DNA from: Candidatus Kaiserbacteria bacterium RIFCSPHIGHO2_01_FULL_53_31
Lineage (GTDB): Bacteria > Patescibacteriota > Minisyncoccia > Phycocordibacterales > Phycocordibacteraceae
Assembly (NCBI GenBank): GCA_001781095.1
Contig: MFKU01000006.1
Span: 21,999 to 82,540 of the forward strand
Reading direction: 5' to 3'
DNA length: 60,542 bases
Part shown: one piece after another, positions 10,026 through 18,129 of the stretch
Layout of the letters: each line of letters opens with the position of its first letter
Position numbering within the stretch: the stretch's first letter is position 1
Position numbers and translations under genes: made by a program
Notes under the pieces: generated by a model
Database searches by the model: none
What the model was told of the DNA's origin: nothing
Seen by the model: the letters and a program-made list of their open reading frames with translations, nothing else

Positions 10026-10126
10026 TACCGAGAGCACTTAAGAAGCTGCGGCTTTTTGGGTGCTCGCGACTCGCGTGCATTCGCGGGTCTTTTGCAAGAG
10101 GCGCTTACTCACTTGTTCATATCGCA

Positions 10127-10642
10127 ATGAAATCAAACACACTAAGTATCATCGCCGTTATTCTTGTCATCTTCGTGGGATTATTCCTCTGGGGTTATGC
10201 CGGAAACGGCGCAACAACAGCATCGGTGCAAGGATCAACCGTAGCAGCGAATGCGGCTAGCGGGCTCACCGCTCCGGAAAAGTTCTACGACTTCGGCACG
10301 ATCTCGATGAAAAATGGCAACGTTACCAAAGAATTCGTCGTGACGAATCCGACCGACAAAGACGTTACCGCATCTACGCTCGTTACCTCCTGCATGTGCA
10401 CGGCTGCCTTCTTCGTTTTGCCGGATGGAAGCGCGAAAGGGCCGTTCGGCATGCCGGGTATGGGTTCAGTACCGCCGGTGAATGACGTTATCAAGGCGGG
10501 TGAGAGCCGCGCGATCCGCGTCATCTATAATCCAAACGCGCATGGTCCTGCGGGTGTCGGACAGATCGATCGATTTGTCACACTCACCGATGCCGCCGGC
10601 GCGGCAATTGAGTTCGAAATCAAAGCACTGGTAACACCGTAG
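10127..10642 (+). CDS. DUF1573-like exported protein
   Basis: Signal anchor, then FYDFGTISMKNGNVTKEFVVTNPTDKDV...TSCMCT...AGESRAIRVIYNP, the DUF1573 pattern. Confidence 0.7.
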   Translation: MKSNTLSIIAVILVIFVGLFLWGYAGNGATTASVQGSTVAANAASGLTAPEKFYDFGTISMKNGNVTKEFVVTNPTDKDVTASTLVTSCMCTAAFFVLPDGSAKGPFGMPGMGSVPPVNDVIKAGESRAIRVIYNPNAHGPAGVGQIDRFVTLTDAAGAAIEFEIKALVTP

Positions 10643-10644
10643 AC

Positions 10645-11436
10645 ATGAAGCGGATCATTATTATCGGTATTCCCGTTGCAGCCTTCATCCTCGCGATTCT
10701 TGTTCTAAAATGGAGTCCGGCGACCTCAACGCTCATCTGGAATGTGAGCGAGAGCGGGACATGGCTCTTGCCGCTCGTCCTCGCCTCCTCGCTTCTTGAC
10801 AGCGTGCACCCCTGCTCCTTCTCGATTCTGCTTATCACGATCGCGTTCCTCTTCGGCTTGCAGCTCACCCGTGAGAAAATTCTGAAGATAGGCGGTGTCT
10901 ATATATTCGGCATCTTCGCTTCGTATTTTCTTATTGGGCTCGGCATCTTGAAGGTGCTGCATATCTTCGACACGCCGCACTTCATGGGGAAGCTCGGCGC
11001 GACGCTTCTAATCGCCTTCGGTATCATCAATCTCTTACAACGATTCTTCCCATCCGCTGGTCGGTGGATGCCGATCAAGCTCTCGATGCCGTCATTCACG
11101 AAACGGCCGATGGCAGAGCTCATGGAGCGGACCTCGATGGTGGCCGCATTCGGGCTCGGTGTGCTCGTCGGCATCTGCCAGTTCCCGTGCATGGGCGGCC
11201 CATATCTCATGGTCATCGGGCTCTTGCGCGATCAGATGACGTACACGGCAGGATTCTGGTATCTCGTGCTCTACAATGCGATTCTTATCATTCCCCTCGT
11301 GATCGTCCTCTGGTTCTCCGCGGATAAAGTCGTCGTGGATAAGTTGCAAGAATGGAAGCGCAACCATCTCTCCCGTGTACGGCTTATCGCGGGCATTGCG
11401 ATGATCGTTCTCGGGGCGCTTATTCTCTTCATCTAA
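10645..11436 (+). CDS. CcdA/DsbD-like thiol-disulfide transmembrane electron transporter
   Basis: 263 aa, polytopic, with paired conserved Cys-Pro contexts (DSVHPCSFSILL and GICQFPCMGGPYL). Confidence 0.7.
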   Translation: MKRIIIIGIPVAAFILAILVLKWSPATSTLIWNVSESGTWLLPLVLASSLLDSVHPCSFSILLITIAFLFGLQLTREKILKIGGVYIFGIFASYFLIGLGILKVLHIFDTPHFMGKLGATLLIAFGIINLLQRFFPSAGRWMPIKLSMPSFTKRPMAELMERTSMVAAFGLGVLVGICQFPCMGGPYLMVIGLLRDQMTYTAGFWYLVLYNAILIIPLVIVLWFSADKVVVDKLQEWKRNHLSRVRLIAGIAMIVLGALILFI

Positions 11437-11441
11437 CGCAT

Positions 11442-11891
11442 ATGATTATTACTATTGCGTCCATCTCAATTCTCGCCATCTCTGCTGTCGTATGGCTCGC
11501 GAACCGGGTCCTTCCGATCACGATTTGTCCGATTTGCGCCGGCGTGTTCCTCACGTGGGTCGGACTTGTCGGCGCGAACCTCACGGGTTATCCGGTCGAT
11601 CTCGCTGTTCCCGCGCTCCTTATGGGCGGCACCGTGGTCGGCACTGCGTACCAATTCGAGAAGAAATTCGGCGGCGAGCCCTCAGGCGTGCGGAAGCTCT
11701 GGAAAGTGTTATTCATTCCCACCGGCTTCATCGCGGCATATGCCGTTCTCGAGCAGTCGTGGGTCGTATTTCTCGGCGTCGCGATATTCCTCTGCCTGAT
11801 ATCGCTCGCGCTCGCGTCTACAGTCCGCGCGAAGCCTGCAAACCCAGTGGTGCTGACTGATATCGAGCGGCGGATGAAAGATTGTTGCTAA
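11442..11891 (+). CDS. hypothetical membrane protein with CPIC motif and C-terminal CC
   Basis: Internal ATG of ORF 11352..11891 (MIITIASISIL...). Four TM helices, TICPICAG in TM2, ends KDCC. Confidence 0.5.
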   Translation: MIITIASISILAISAVVWLANRVLPITICPICAGVFLTWVGLVGANLTGYPVDLAVPALLMGGTVVGTAYQFEKKFGGEPSGVRKLWKVLFIPTGFIAAYAVLEQSWVVFLGVAIFLCLISLALASTVRAKPANPVVLTDIERRMKDCC

Positions 11892-11904
11892 TGTAACCTC
11901 ACGT

Positions 11905-12822
11905 ATGGAAACTGAAAATAAATCGAGAACCGCCGAGGACATTGTGCGTGAATATTCGACGCCGCTTAGCATCGTGGCGGCGGGAGCGCTCATCGCGATG
12001 GTGATGTACGCGGGCCCGGCCACCCGCGGCGCCAGCTCGGGGCGAGGAGCAGATACTGAGAGCAGTCTTCAAGAGTTGGTAGTGCCTGCAGATGGCATTA
12101 CGCTGCCGATTATCTGGGGCGATCTCGGCGCGCAAATGGTCGAGGTCGGTGCGATTGACGCGGCCAGAATGGAAGCGCTCTATCAGGACCGAGGCGGATT
12201 CCCGCCGGAATTTCGGAAGATGCTCGAGAAAAATATGAACGAAAAGATCGTCATCACGAGCACGAATTCCGGCTACCTACTGAATCTCCTTTGGGCGCTC
12301 GGCCTCGCGAACAAGAACCCCGTTCTCGCAGACACGACGGAGATGATGAACCCGGCTTACAAAGGAGCGGGCGGATTCGCCTCAACCGGCGGTTGGACAC
12401 TCGCACAAGGTAATCCGATGAACCACTACAACATGCACACGCTCATTACGCTCACGGCCGCTGAGCAAGCGCTCGTAGATCGCGTGTCACGAAATATCTA
12501 TCGTCCGTGCTGCAACAATTCGACGCATTTCCCGGACTGTAATCACGGGATGGCGATGCTCGGCTTCCTCGAGCTCATGGCTTCGCAAGGCGTGAACGAA
12601 CAAGACATGTATAAAGCCGCGCTCGCAGTGAACTCGTACTGGTTCCCGGAAACGTACCTGACCCTCGCGACCTACATGCAGAATAAAGGTGTCGAGTGGA
12701 AAGACATCTCGCCGCAAGAAGTGCTCGGGAAGAATTATTCGAGTTCGTCCGGCTACGCAAACATCGCTTCGCAGGTAACCCTACCGGAGCAGGGAGGCAC
12801 TAGCGGCGGATGTTCAGCATAG
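11905..12822 (+). CDS. conserved-Cys hypothetical exported protein
   Basis: 305 aa; N-terminal anchor; motif YRPCCNNSTHFPDCNHGMAMLGF; C-terminal GGCSA. I do not recognise the family. Confidence 0.6.
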   Translation: METENKSRTAEDIVREYSTPLSIVAAGALIAMVMYAGPATRGASSGRGADTESSLQELVVPADGITLPIIWGDLGAQMVEVGAIDAARMEALYQDRGGFPPEFRKMLEKNMNEKIVITSTNSGYLLNLLWALGLANKNPVLADTTEMMNPAYKGAGGFASTGGWTLAQGNPMNHYNMHTLITLTAAEQALVDRVSRNIYRPCCNNSTHFPDCNHGMAMLGFLELMASQGVNEQDMYKAALAVNSYWFPETYLTLATYMQNKGVEWKDISPQEVLGKNYSSSSGYANIASQVTLPEQGGTSGGCSA

Positions 12823-12868
12823 CGAAAGAGTATACTGTTGGGAGCGATTAGTAACCTAACGATACAGT

Positions 12869-13114
12869 ATGATGTACGGACTCTATAACGACTATGGATG
12901 GGGCGCAGGAAACATGATGGGCTGGTTTGGCGGCGGCATCTTCATGATTCTCTTCTGGGTGCTGTTCGCCATCTTCGTCGTGTGGGTGGTGCGAGAGGTG
13001 GCGGGGAAAAATCTTCGTTCTGGTTCGCAGGCGCTCGATATCTTGAAGGAGCGGTATGCGAAGGGTGAGATCAACAAAGAGGAATTTGAATCGAAAAAGA
13101 AAGACATCTCATAA
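12869..13114 (+). CDS. SHOCT domain membrane protein
   Basis: 81 aa; one TM, then ALDILKERYAKGEINKEEFESKKKDI, the SHOCT signature. Confidence 0.7.
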   Translation: MMYGLYNDYGWGAGNMMGWFGGGIFMILFWVLFAIFVVWVVREVAGKNLRSGSQALDILKERYAKGEINKEEFESKKKDIS

Positions 13115-13131
13115 ACAAAAATGGTAGAGTA

Positions 13132-14172
13132 GTGGTTCGAATGGAGAATCAAAATCAAACACACACCTTCCACGTGCACGGGATGCATTGCCAAGCGTGC
13201 GTACTCCTGACCGAGAGCGAGCTCGCGGACGTGGATTACATCGCGCGGGCGACCTCGACACTCGCTACTCGCACGGTCGAAGTGTGCGGCGACTTCGGCG
13301 ACCGCACACGAGAGGAGATTGCGCTCGAGCTCTCGCAAGTGCTCGCGAAGCACGGCTACTCGCTATCTGTTGACCAACTCGAGCACGAAAAGAATTGGTC
13401 AGACTTCGCCGTCGCAGTGCCAATCGCGCTTCTCTTTGTCGCGGCGTTCGTGCTCCTCCAGAGACTCGGGATCGTGAATCTCGTAAACGCGGGCGACGTG
13501 ACCTACGGTACGGCGTTTGTCGTTGGTATCGTCGCGTCGCTCTCGACCTGCATGGCGGTCGTGGGTGGTCTCGTACTCTCGATGTCAGCCACCTTTGCGC
13601 GAGAAGGGGACAAAGTGCGTCCGCAAGTCCTGTTCCACCTCGGGCGTCTCCTTTCATTCTTCATCCTCGGCGGCGTAATCGGCGCAATCGGTTTGGCATT
13701 CACACTCGGTACGACAGGCACCTTCGTCCTCGGTCTCCTCGTCGGCGTTGTGATGCTACTGCTCGGCGTGAACCTCCTCGACGTGTTCCCTTGGGCAAAG
13801 CGGCTTCAACCAGCGATGCCGAAGTTCCTCACGCGGCACGCGCTCGGCGTCTCGGAGATGAATCATGTCCTCACGCCGCTCCTGGTCGGCGTCGCGACAT
13901 TCTTCCTGCCCTGCGGATTCACCCAGGCGATGCAGGTCTACAGTCTCACAACCGGCAGCTTCTTCTCCGGAGGTCTCACGATGTTCGCGTTCGCACTCGG
14001 CACGCTGCCGGTCCTCGCGCTCATCGGCATGAGCTCATTTAGCATCAAGAACGGCAGGAACGCGGGGATCTTCTTCAAGTCCGCGGGACTCATCGTGATA
14101 CTCTTCGCCGTCTTCAACATCGTGAACAGTCTTGCGGTCATCGGGCTCATTTCACCCGTGTTCAATTTCTAG
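13132..14172 (+). CDS. HMA domain fused to a TauE/SafE-like (CcdA-superfamily) membrane transporter
   Basis: N-terminal HVHGMHCQACV heavy-metal-associated motif followed by about 6 TM helices (SLSTCMAVVGG..., FFLPCGFTQAM). Confidence 0.8.
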   Translation: MVRMENQNQTHTFHVHGMHCQACVLLTESELADVDYIARATSTLATRTVEVCGDFGDRTREEIALELSQVLAKHGYSLSVDQLEHEKNWSDFAVAVPIALLFVAAFVLLQRLGIVNLVNAGDVTYGTAFVVGIVASLSTCMAVVGGLVLSMSATFAREGDKVRPQVLFHLGRLLSFFILGGVIGAIGLAFTLGTTGTFVLGLLVGVVMLLLGVNLLDVFPWAKRLQPAMPKFLTRHALGVSEMNHVLTPLLVGVATFFLPCGFTQAMQVYSLTTGSFFSGGLTMFAFALGTLPVLALIGMSSFSIKNGRNAGIFFKSAGLIVILFAVFNIVNSLAVIGLISPVFNF

Positions 14173-14186
14173 ATAGTATTCGAAAA

Positions 14187-14576
14187 ATGAAAGCAACCTA
14201 TATAGCAATCACCATCGCTGCAGTGTTCATCGGCGGGGCACTCTTGTTCGGCGCCGGTGGTTCGGGAGAATCGGTCGATCCTCCCGGGAACAATGTCAGC
14301 ATTGTCGATGGCAAACAGATTATCGACATGCGAGCCAAAGGCGGCTACTCGCCGCGCTCGGTCACCGCGCGCGCGGGCATCCCGACCATTCTTCGTTTTC
14401 ACACGAGTGGCACCTTCGACTGTTCGTCATCACTGCGCATCCCGAGTCTCGGCGTGAGCCGGTATCTCCCGTCGACGGGCACGACCGATATCACGATCGA
14501 TGATCCGCAAGTCGGACCGCTCCAAGGGATGTGCAGCATGGGCATGTATCGATTCAGAATTAATTTTCAACAATAA
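14187..14576 (+). CDS. cupredoxin-like domain protein (EfeO-type cupredoxin fold)
   Basis: Signal anchor, then GGYSPRSVTARAGIPTILRFHTSGTFDCSSSLRIPSLG...GMCSMGMYRFRINF, matching the Cupredoxin_1 pattern with C...C.MGM ligands. Confidence 0.7.
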   Translation: MKATYIAITIAAVFIGGALLFGAGGSGESVDPPGNNVSIVDGKQIIDMRAKGGYSPRSVTARAGIPTILRFHTSGTFDCSSSLRIPSLGVSRYLPSTGTTDITIDDPQVGPLQGMCSMGMYRFRINFQQ

Positions 14577-14617
14577 TCTCGCGGTGCGCGCAGTCTCGCG
14601 TGCTATAAATAGAAAAC

Positions 14618-14947
14618 ATGAACGGCTTTCATCACATGCGCGCGCGGGCGCGCCACACGAGGGGGCTCGAGCCATTCCCCGCCACGAACGCATGGAAACG
14701 TTCTCTCGACTATCTTATGTATGCCGTGGGCATCCTCGCGCCGCTCGCGCTCCTGCCGCAAATTCTCCAGATATATGAGTCGAAGAGTGCTGAGGGTCTC
14801 TCACTCTCGACATGGGTCTTGCTCGCGCTCTTTAACCTCTTGTGGGTGCTCTACTCGATGGTGCACAAAGACAAGCAACTCTTCATAGCGACCGCGTTCA
14901 TGGTCGCCTTCCATCTCGCGATCGTCGTCGGCATTTTGCTGTATTAG
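14618..14947 (+). CDS. SemiSWEET / PQ-loop family 3-TM transporter
   Basis: Three TM helices with the LLPQILQIY PQ motif. The N-terminal 25 aa are basic and the start may be further downstream. Confidence 0.6.
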   Translation: MNGFHHMRARARHTRGLEPFPATNAWKRSLDYLMYAVGILAPLALLPQILQIYESKSAEGLSLSTWVLLALFNLLWVLYSMVHKDKQLFIATAFMVAFHLAIVVGILLY

Positions 14948-15007
14948 TAGAGCTGACTTGTCCACAGGAGGTGCTTTACTAAATAGACTATAGCTGAGAT
15001 ACTAGCA

Positions 15008-15607
15008 ATGATGGATAAGACATCGTTAGAGCGGTGGTACGTTCGCGACAAGAAATCTGTGCACGATATCGCTCAGGCATTTCGTTGTTCTGACGGGAAG
15101 ATAAATTATTGGATGGAGAAACATTCCATTCCGAAGCGCTCAATTAGTGAGGCGATTTATACGATGCATAATCCGCTCGGCGATCCATTTGCGATCCAAG
15201 CTCCAAAGACAAACAGAGATTCATTCATTCTTGGTCTTGGTCTTGGCCTCTATTGGGGTGAAGGTACGAAAAGGAATCTGGGGCAGGTTCGGCTTGGCAA
15301 CACAGATCCGTATCTTGTGCGTTCATTCATTCTATTTTTACGAAATGCATATGGTATAGATGAATCACGATTGCGCTTCGCGCTCCAAATCTTCAGTGAT
15401 ATGGATCAGGGGAAGGAAGAACGATTCTGGCAAACGTTCTTGAAGATATCTCCGAAGAAATTCTACAAGACTATCAATACCCGATCCGGCAGCATAGGAA
15501 CGTATCGGGAAAAGTCCAAGCATGGTGTACTCACGATTTATTTCAATAATAAAAAATTGCGGAATATTTTAATCAGTGAAATTGAAAAAGTGAAAGAACT
15601 CCGTTAG
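15008..15607 (+). CDS. free-standing LAGLIDADG-like homing endonuclease with N-terminal HTH
   Basis: AT-rich 199-aa ORF; single LAGLIDADG-type motif ILGLGLGLYWGEGTK followed by LGNTDPYLVRSFILFLRNAYG; HTH-like SVHDIAQAFRCSDGKINYWMEKH. Family call is from motif only. Confidence 0.5.
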   Translation: MMDKTSLERWYVRDKKSVHDIAQAFRCSDGKINYWMEKHSIPKRSISEAIYTMHNPLGDPFAIQAPKTNRDSFILGLGLGLYWGEGTKRNLGQVRLGNTDPYLVRSFILFLRNAYGIDESRLRFALQIFSDMDQGKEERFWQTFLKISPKKFYKTINTRSGSIGTYREKSKHGVLTIYFNNKKLRNILISEIEKVKELR

Positions 15608-15629
15608 TATGCGTTGGTGCCTTAATAAA

Positions 15630-15882
15630 GCCGAGATAGCTCAGTTGGTAGAGCAGCGCCATGGTGGGTCGCAAACCCTGCCCACGATTCCCGCGAGGGC
15701 ATCGCGAATCCCGAATAACGGTCAATAGCTCCACAAGCCAAGACCGTGGCCCACAAGGGCCCGAACGACTGACAAGGGTGCCCCTCGTTGGGCAAATATA
15801 CAGTCTAGCCCTCTTTGTTGTGGCAATGAAGAAGAGGTGTAAGCGAAGGCGCAGGTCGTCGGTTCAATCCCGACTCTCGGCT
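15630..15882 (+). tRNA. tRNA-Thr (GGT) interrupted by a group I intron (exons 15630-15665 and 15846-15882)
   Basis: Joined exons give a 73-nt cloverleaf: acceptor GCCGAGA/TCTCGGC, D arm GCTC-AGTTGGTA-GAGC, anticodon stem GCGCC/GGCGC, loop ATGGTAA, T arm GTCGG-TTCAATC-CCGAC. Confidence 0.8.
15666..15845 (+). ncRNA. group I self-splicing intron, ORF-less, about 180 nt
   Basis: P1 GGT|GGG with CCTGCC (T-G wobble at the splice site), P2 with GCGA loop (15685-15704), P4 ACGGTC/GACCGT, P6 GGCCC-ACAA-GGGCC, P7 GACTG(15767-71)/CAGTC(15801-05), P8 GCCC/GGGC, P9 CCTCTT/AAGAGG, terminal G at 15845. Confidence 0.75.
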
Positions 15883-16169
15883 CAAGGTCAGAATGAAAGA
15901 AAAAATCCGCTGTGTTTAAGCCATATGAAGCAGTTCGACCGTCGACTGGTAGAAAGACCCCAAAGAGTAATCCTGCTGACGCCACATGGAATAAACGGCT
16001 CAAACAAAGGTCCTTTTCTTCAGGTTCATGGGTTCGAGCCGATACTTTGGTTTCAGCCCGGTGCACAACATCATTGTCCGCTCATGGTTCTTCCTGTACA
16101 GTTAGGGTGCCTGTGGGGCGTCAGCCCTATTTCGGCTAATACATAAGCCGAAGGCAGGCACTTCAAAGG
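15883..16169 (+). ncRNA. unassigned structured non-coding region downstream of tRNA-Thr
   Basis: No credible ORF. Long-range complements: TGTTTAAGCC(15913-22)/GGCTCAAACA(15997-16006, 9 of 10) and GCTGACGCC(15975-83)/GGCGTCAGC(16117-25). Local junction GTGCCTG(16107-13)/CAGGCAC(16155-61) encloses TTCGGCT/AGCCGAA. Ends at a terminator. Confidence 0.3.
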
Positions 16170-16193
16170 CACCGACATTGCGTCGGTGTTTTT
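16170..16193 (+). terminator. rho-independent terminator
   Basis: CACCGAC-ATTGC-GTCGGTG followed by TTTTT. Confidence 0.7.
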
Positions 16194-16198
16194 GATTT

Positions 16199-16678
16199 TC
16201 AGTCTTCCTCAGGGTTGCCTTTCATCGTGCTGAAGAGCTTGATGTCTCGGTATTTGTTGGTCGTCCATGCTGGCACGATGCTCCAGAAGTGGAGTTGTCC
16301 GTTGTCGCCGATTTTGCGCAGTATGACCTTGATCTTGCGTCCATCGACGATGGCGATGAGTCCCCAATACTTCACTGGCTTACTCTTCCGGACCTTCCTT
16401 TTGTGACTCTTGATCTCGAACTCCTTCAATGTTTCCTCGAATTCCTGATACGTTGTGGAGTGCTCGATGAGCTTTATGGCGATAGGCAACAATTTGAATC
16501 TCAATATCTGCGATGGGCGTTCTCGTTCGCTGCGTGAGCCTTTAAAAACGATGTGGTTGAAACCTTCGGCGGTGAAATGGACATATTCGTTCAGGGCCGG
16601 AGACTTGATCGGGCGCGTGCCCGTATAGAACCTGCGTGCGTCGTCGCGGAGTCTGGCATAGTTGGACACGTCCTCCAT
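16199..16678 (-). CDS. hypothetical protein
   Basis: Internal ATG (MEDVSNYARLRDDARRFY...) of the 177-aa ORF; protein-like composition, no family recognised. Confidence 0.5.
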   Translation of the reverse strand: MEDVSNYARLRDDARRFYTGTRPIKSPALNEYVHFTAEGFNHIVFKGSRSERERPSQILRFKLLPIAIKLIEHSTTYQEFEETLKEFEIKSHKRKVRKSKPVKYWGLIAIVDGRKIKVILRKIGDNGQLHFWSIVPAWTTNKYRDIKLFSTMKGNPEED

Positions 16679-16812
16679 GCAGCGTAGTGTACACTGTCGC
16701 ACCCGATGCGTGTGTAGAGATGTGCTCTGCACAGATCATGCTGCGTGCTGGGCACAGCGTGTCATCTTTAACGAGAATGGAAAAATAGACGGAAGCGGCT
16801 ACTATTCCCATC

Positions 16813-17055
16813 TTGCATCCATGGTTAAGTCTCTTAATCTTTTATGGGGCAGGACGAATCTTGCCTACCAACTCGCACTGCATCGTGCACCATGCAACGG
16901 TGCGACTATCACAGAAGACCATCGAGGAATTCAAAGCGATCGTTCGAGATGAGTTCGAGATCAAATTGAGTGATACAGAAGCAGAGCAGCATGCACTCCG
17001 CGTGCTCGGACTCTTCGATCTCCTTATCTCGTCGGCAGCTAAGGACTCTGATTGA
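16813..17055 (+). CDS. doubtful small ORF
   Basis: Only the C-terminal half (LSQKTIEEFKAIVRDEFEIKLSDTEAEQHALRVLGLFDLL) looks protein-like. Confidence 0.2.
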   Translation: MHPWLSLLIFYGAGRILPTNSHCIVHHATVRLSQKTIEEFKAIVRDEFEIKLSDTEAEQHALRVLGLFDLLISSAAKDSD

Positions 17056-17185
17056 TTACGCCGCCAATCCGGGCAGGCGACCATTCTTATCGGATTGAAA
17101 TGATCCGAGGAGTTTGAGCACCAGTGATTTCCATTTTTGCTTGTAGGTTCGAGACCTGTAATCTTGGCGCAAGCACTTCGGTCAT

Positions 17186-18124
17186 TCACGTGTGGACAAC
17201 ATAGGGAGTGCCGCGTTTCCAGACGGCATAGATTCTTTGAAGAACGTGCCGGGCATTTGCAACCGTAGCTTCCTTGTACCGTTTCCCTTCAGAGCGCTTC
17301 TTTTCATAATACGTTTTGAGAGCCGGATCATATCGTTGAGCGATCGAAGCGGCGATGAACAGTGCTCGACGTAGATACGGAGAGCCTCGTTTGGTTATTT
17401 TGGTATTGCGAGCGAGTGTGATGCCGCTCTGTCGCACCTTTGGATCAAGGCCAGCATAGGCCACCAGAGCCTTGCTGCTCGAGAATCGGTGTACGTCTCC
17501 GATCTCGGAGGCAATCGTTGCGGCGAGTGTCTCTCCGACTCCAGGAATGGAGGAGAGGAGCCCAGAGACTGCCGGATCGGTTGATTGTATGCCTTGCGCC
17601 CGTATCGCTTTCACCGCCGAGGCGATGTGTGTTTCAAGCGCGTGGAGCGTGTCCTGAATAGCTGGTTCTGCTTCCCAGTGCTCCTTAAAACCTTTGCGCA
17701 TATGGCTCACGGAGACGGCGAGACGCGTGAGTTCAGAGGACGTGCGCAACATTCTCTTGGCTGCGCTGAACGAGGCAACGGTGGCCGGTTCTCCCTCGCC
17801 TTGCAGTACACACTTGGCAATGACGTGAGCATCGGTGAGGTCAGTCTTGCGCTTCCGCACGGTGGCCCGCGTGAACTGTTTAGTGACAATGGGATTGAGG
17901 ACGATACAGGGGATGTCTCGCGCAATGCACGCCTTGGCAAGCACGTTGTGGTATTCGCCCGTCGCTTCGCAGCCGATGGTCCCGACGGTCACTAACGAAC
18001 TCAGAAATTCGGTGATACCCGTCTCGGTATTTGGAACAACATACGTCTCCTGAATCTCGCCTCTCTTGTTGATTCGCACTCCAACCAATTCTTTCTTGGA
18101 TACATCAAAGCCAATGATCTGCAT
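17186..18124 (-). CDS. IS110-family DEDD transposase/recombinase
   Basis: MQIIGFDVSKKE..., GCEATGEYH, ...KTDLTDAHVIA..., GVGETLAATIASEIGDVHRF...ALVAYAGLDPKVRQSG...ITKRGSPYLRRAL (DEDD_Tnp_IS110 plus Transposase_20 pattern). Confidence 0.9.
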   Translation of the reverse strand: MQIIGFDVSKKELVGVRINKRGEIQETYVVPNTETGITEFLSSLVTVGTIGCEATGEYHNVLAKACIARDIPCIVLNPIVTKQFTRATVRKRKTDLTDAHVIAKCVLQGEGEPATVASFSAAKRMLRTSSELTRLAVSVSHMRKGFKEHWEAEPAIQDTLHALETHIASAVKAIRAQGIQSTDPAVSGLLSSIPGVGETLAATIASEIGDVHRFSSSKALVAYAGLDPKVRQSGITLARNTKITKRGSPYLRRALFIAASIAQRYDPALKTYYEKKRSEGKRYKEATVANARHVLQRIYAVWKRGTPYVVHT

Positions 18125-18129
18125 ATCAT

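Noticed and set aside
13395-14042. 215-aa plus-strand ORF in an alternative frame of the HMA-transporter gene
   Set aside because: It is an Arg/Pro-rich out-of-frame artefact of a GC-rich membrane-protein gene.
15661-16146. 161-aa ORF spanning the intron, the tRNA 3' exon and the downstream region
   Set aside because: It reads through a tRNA exon and RNA helices. Its Arg/Ser/Pro-rich composition is better explained by structured RNA.
17066-17098. Hairpin CAATCCG/CGGATTG as an IS terminal inverted repeat
   Set aside because: There is no matching repeat at the other end of the element, and IS110-family elements characteristically lack terminal IRs. It is kept only as context for the left junction.
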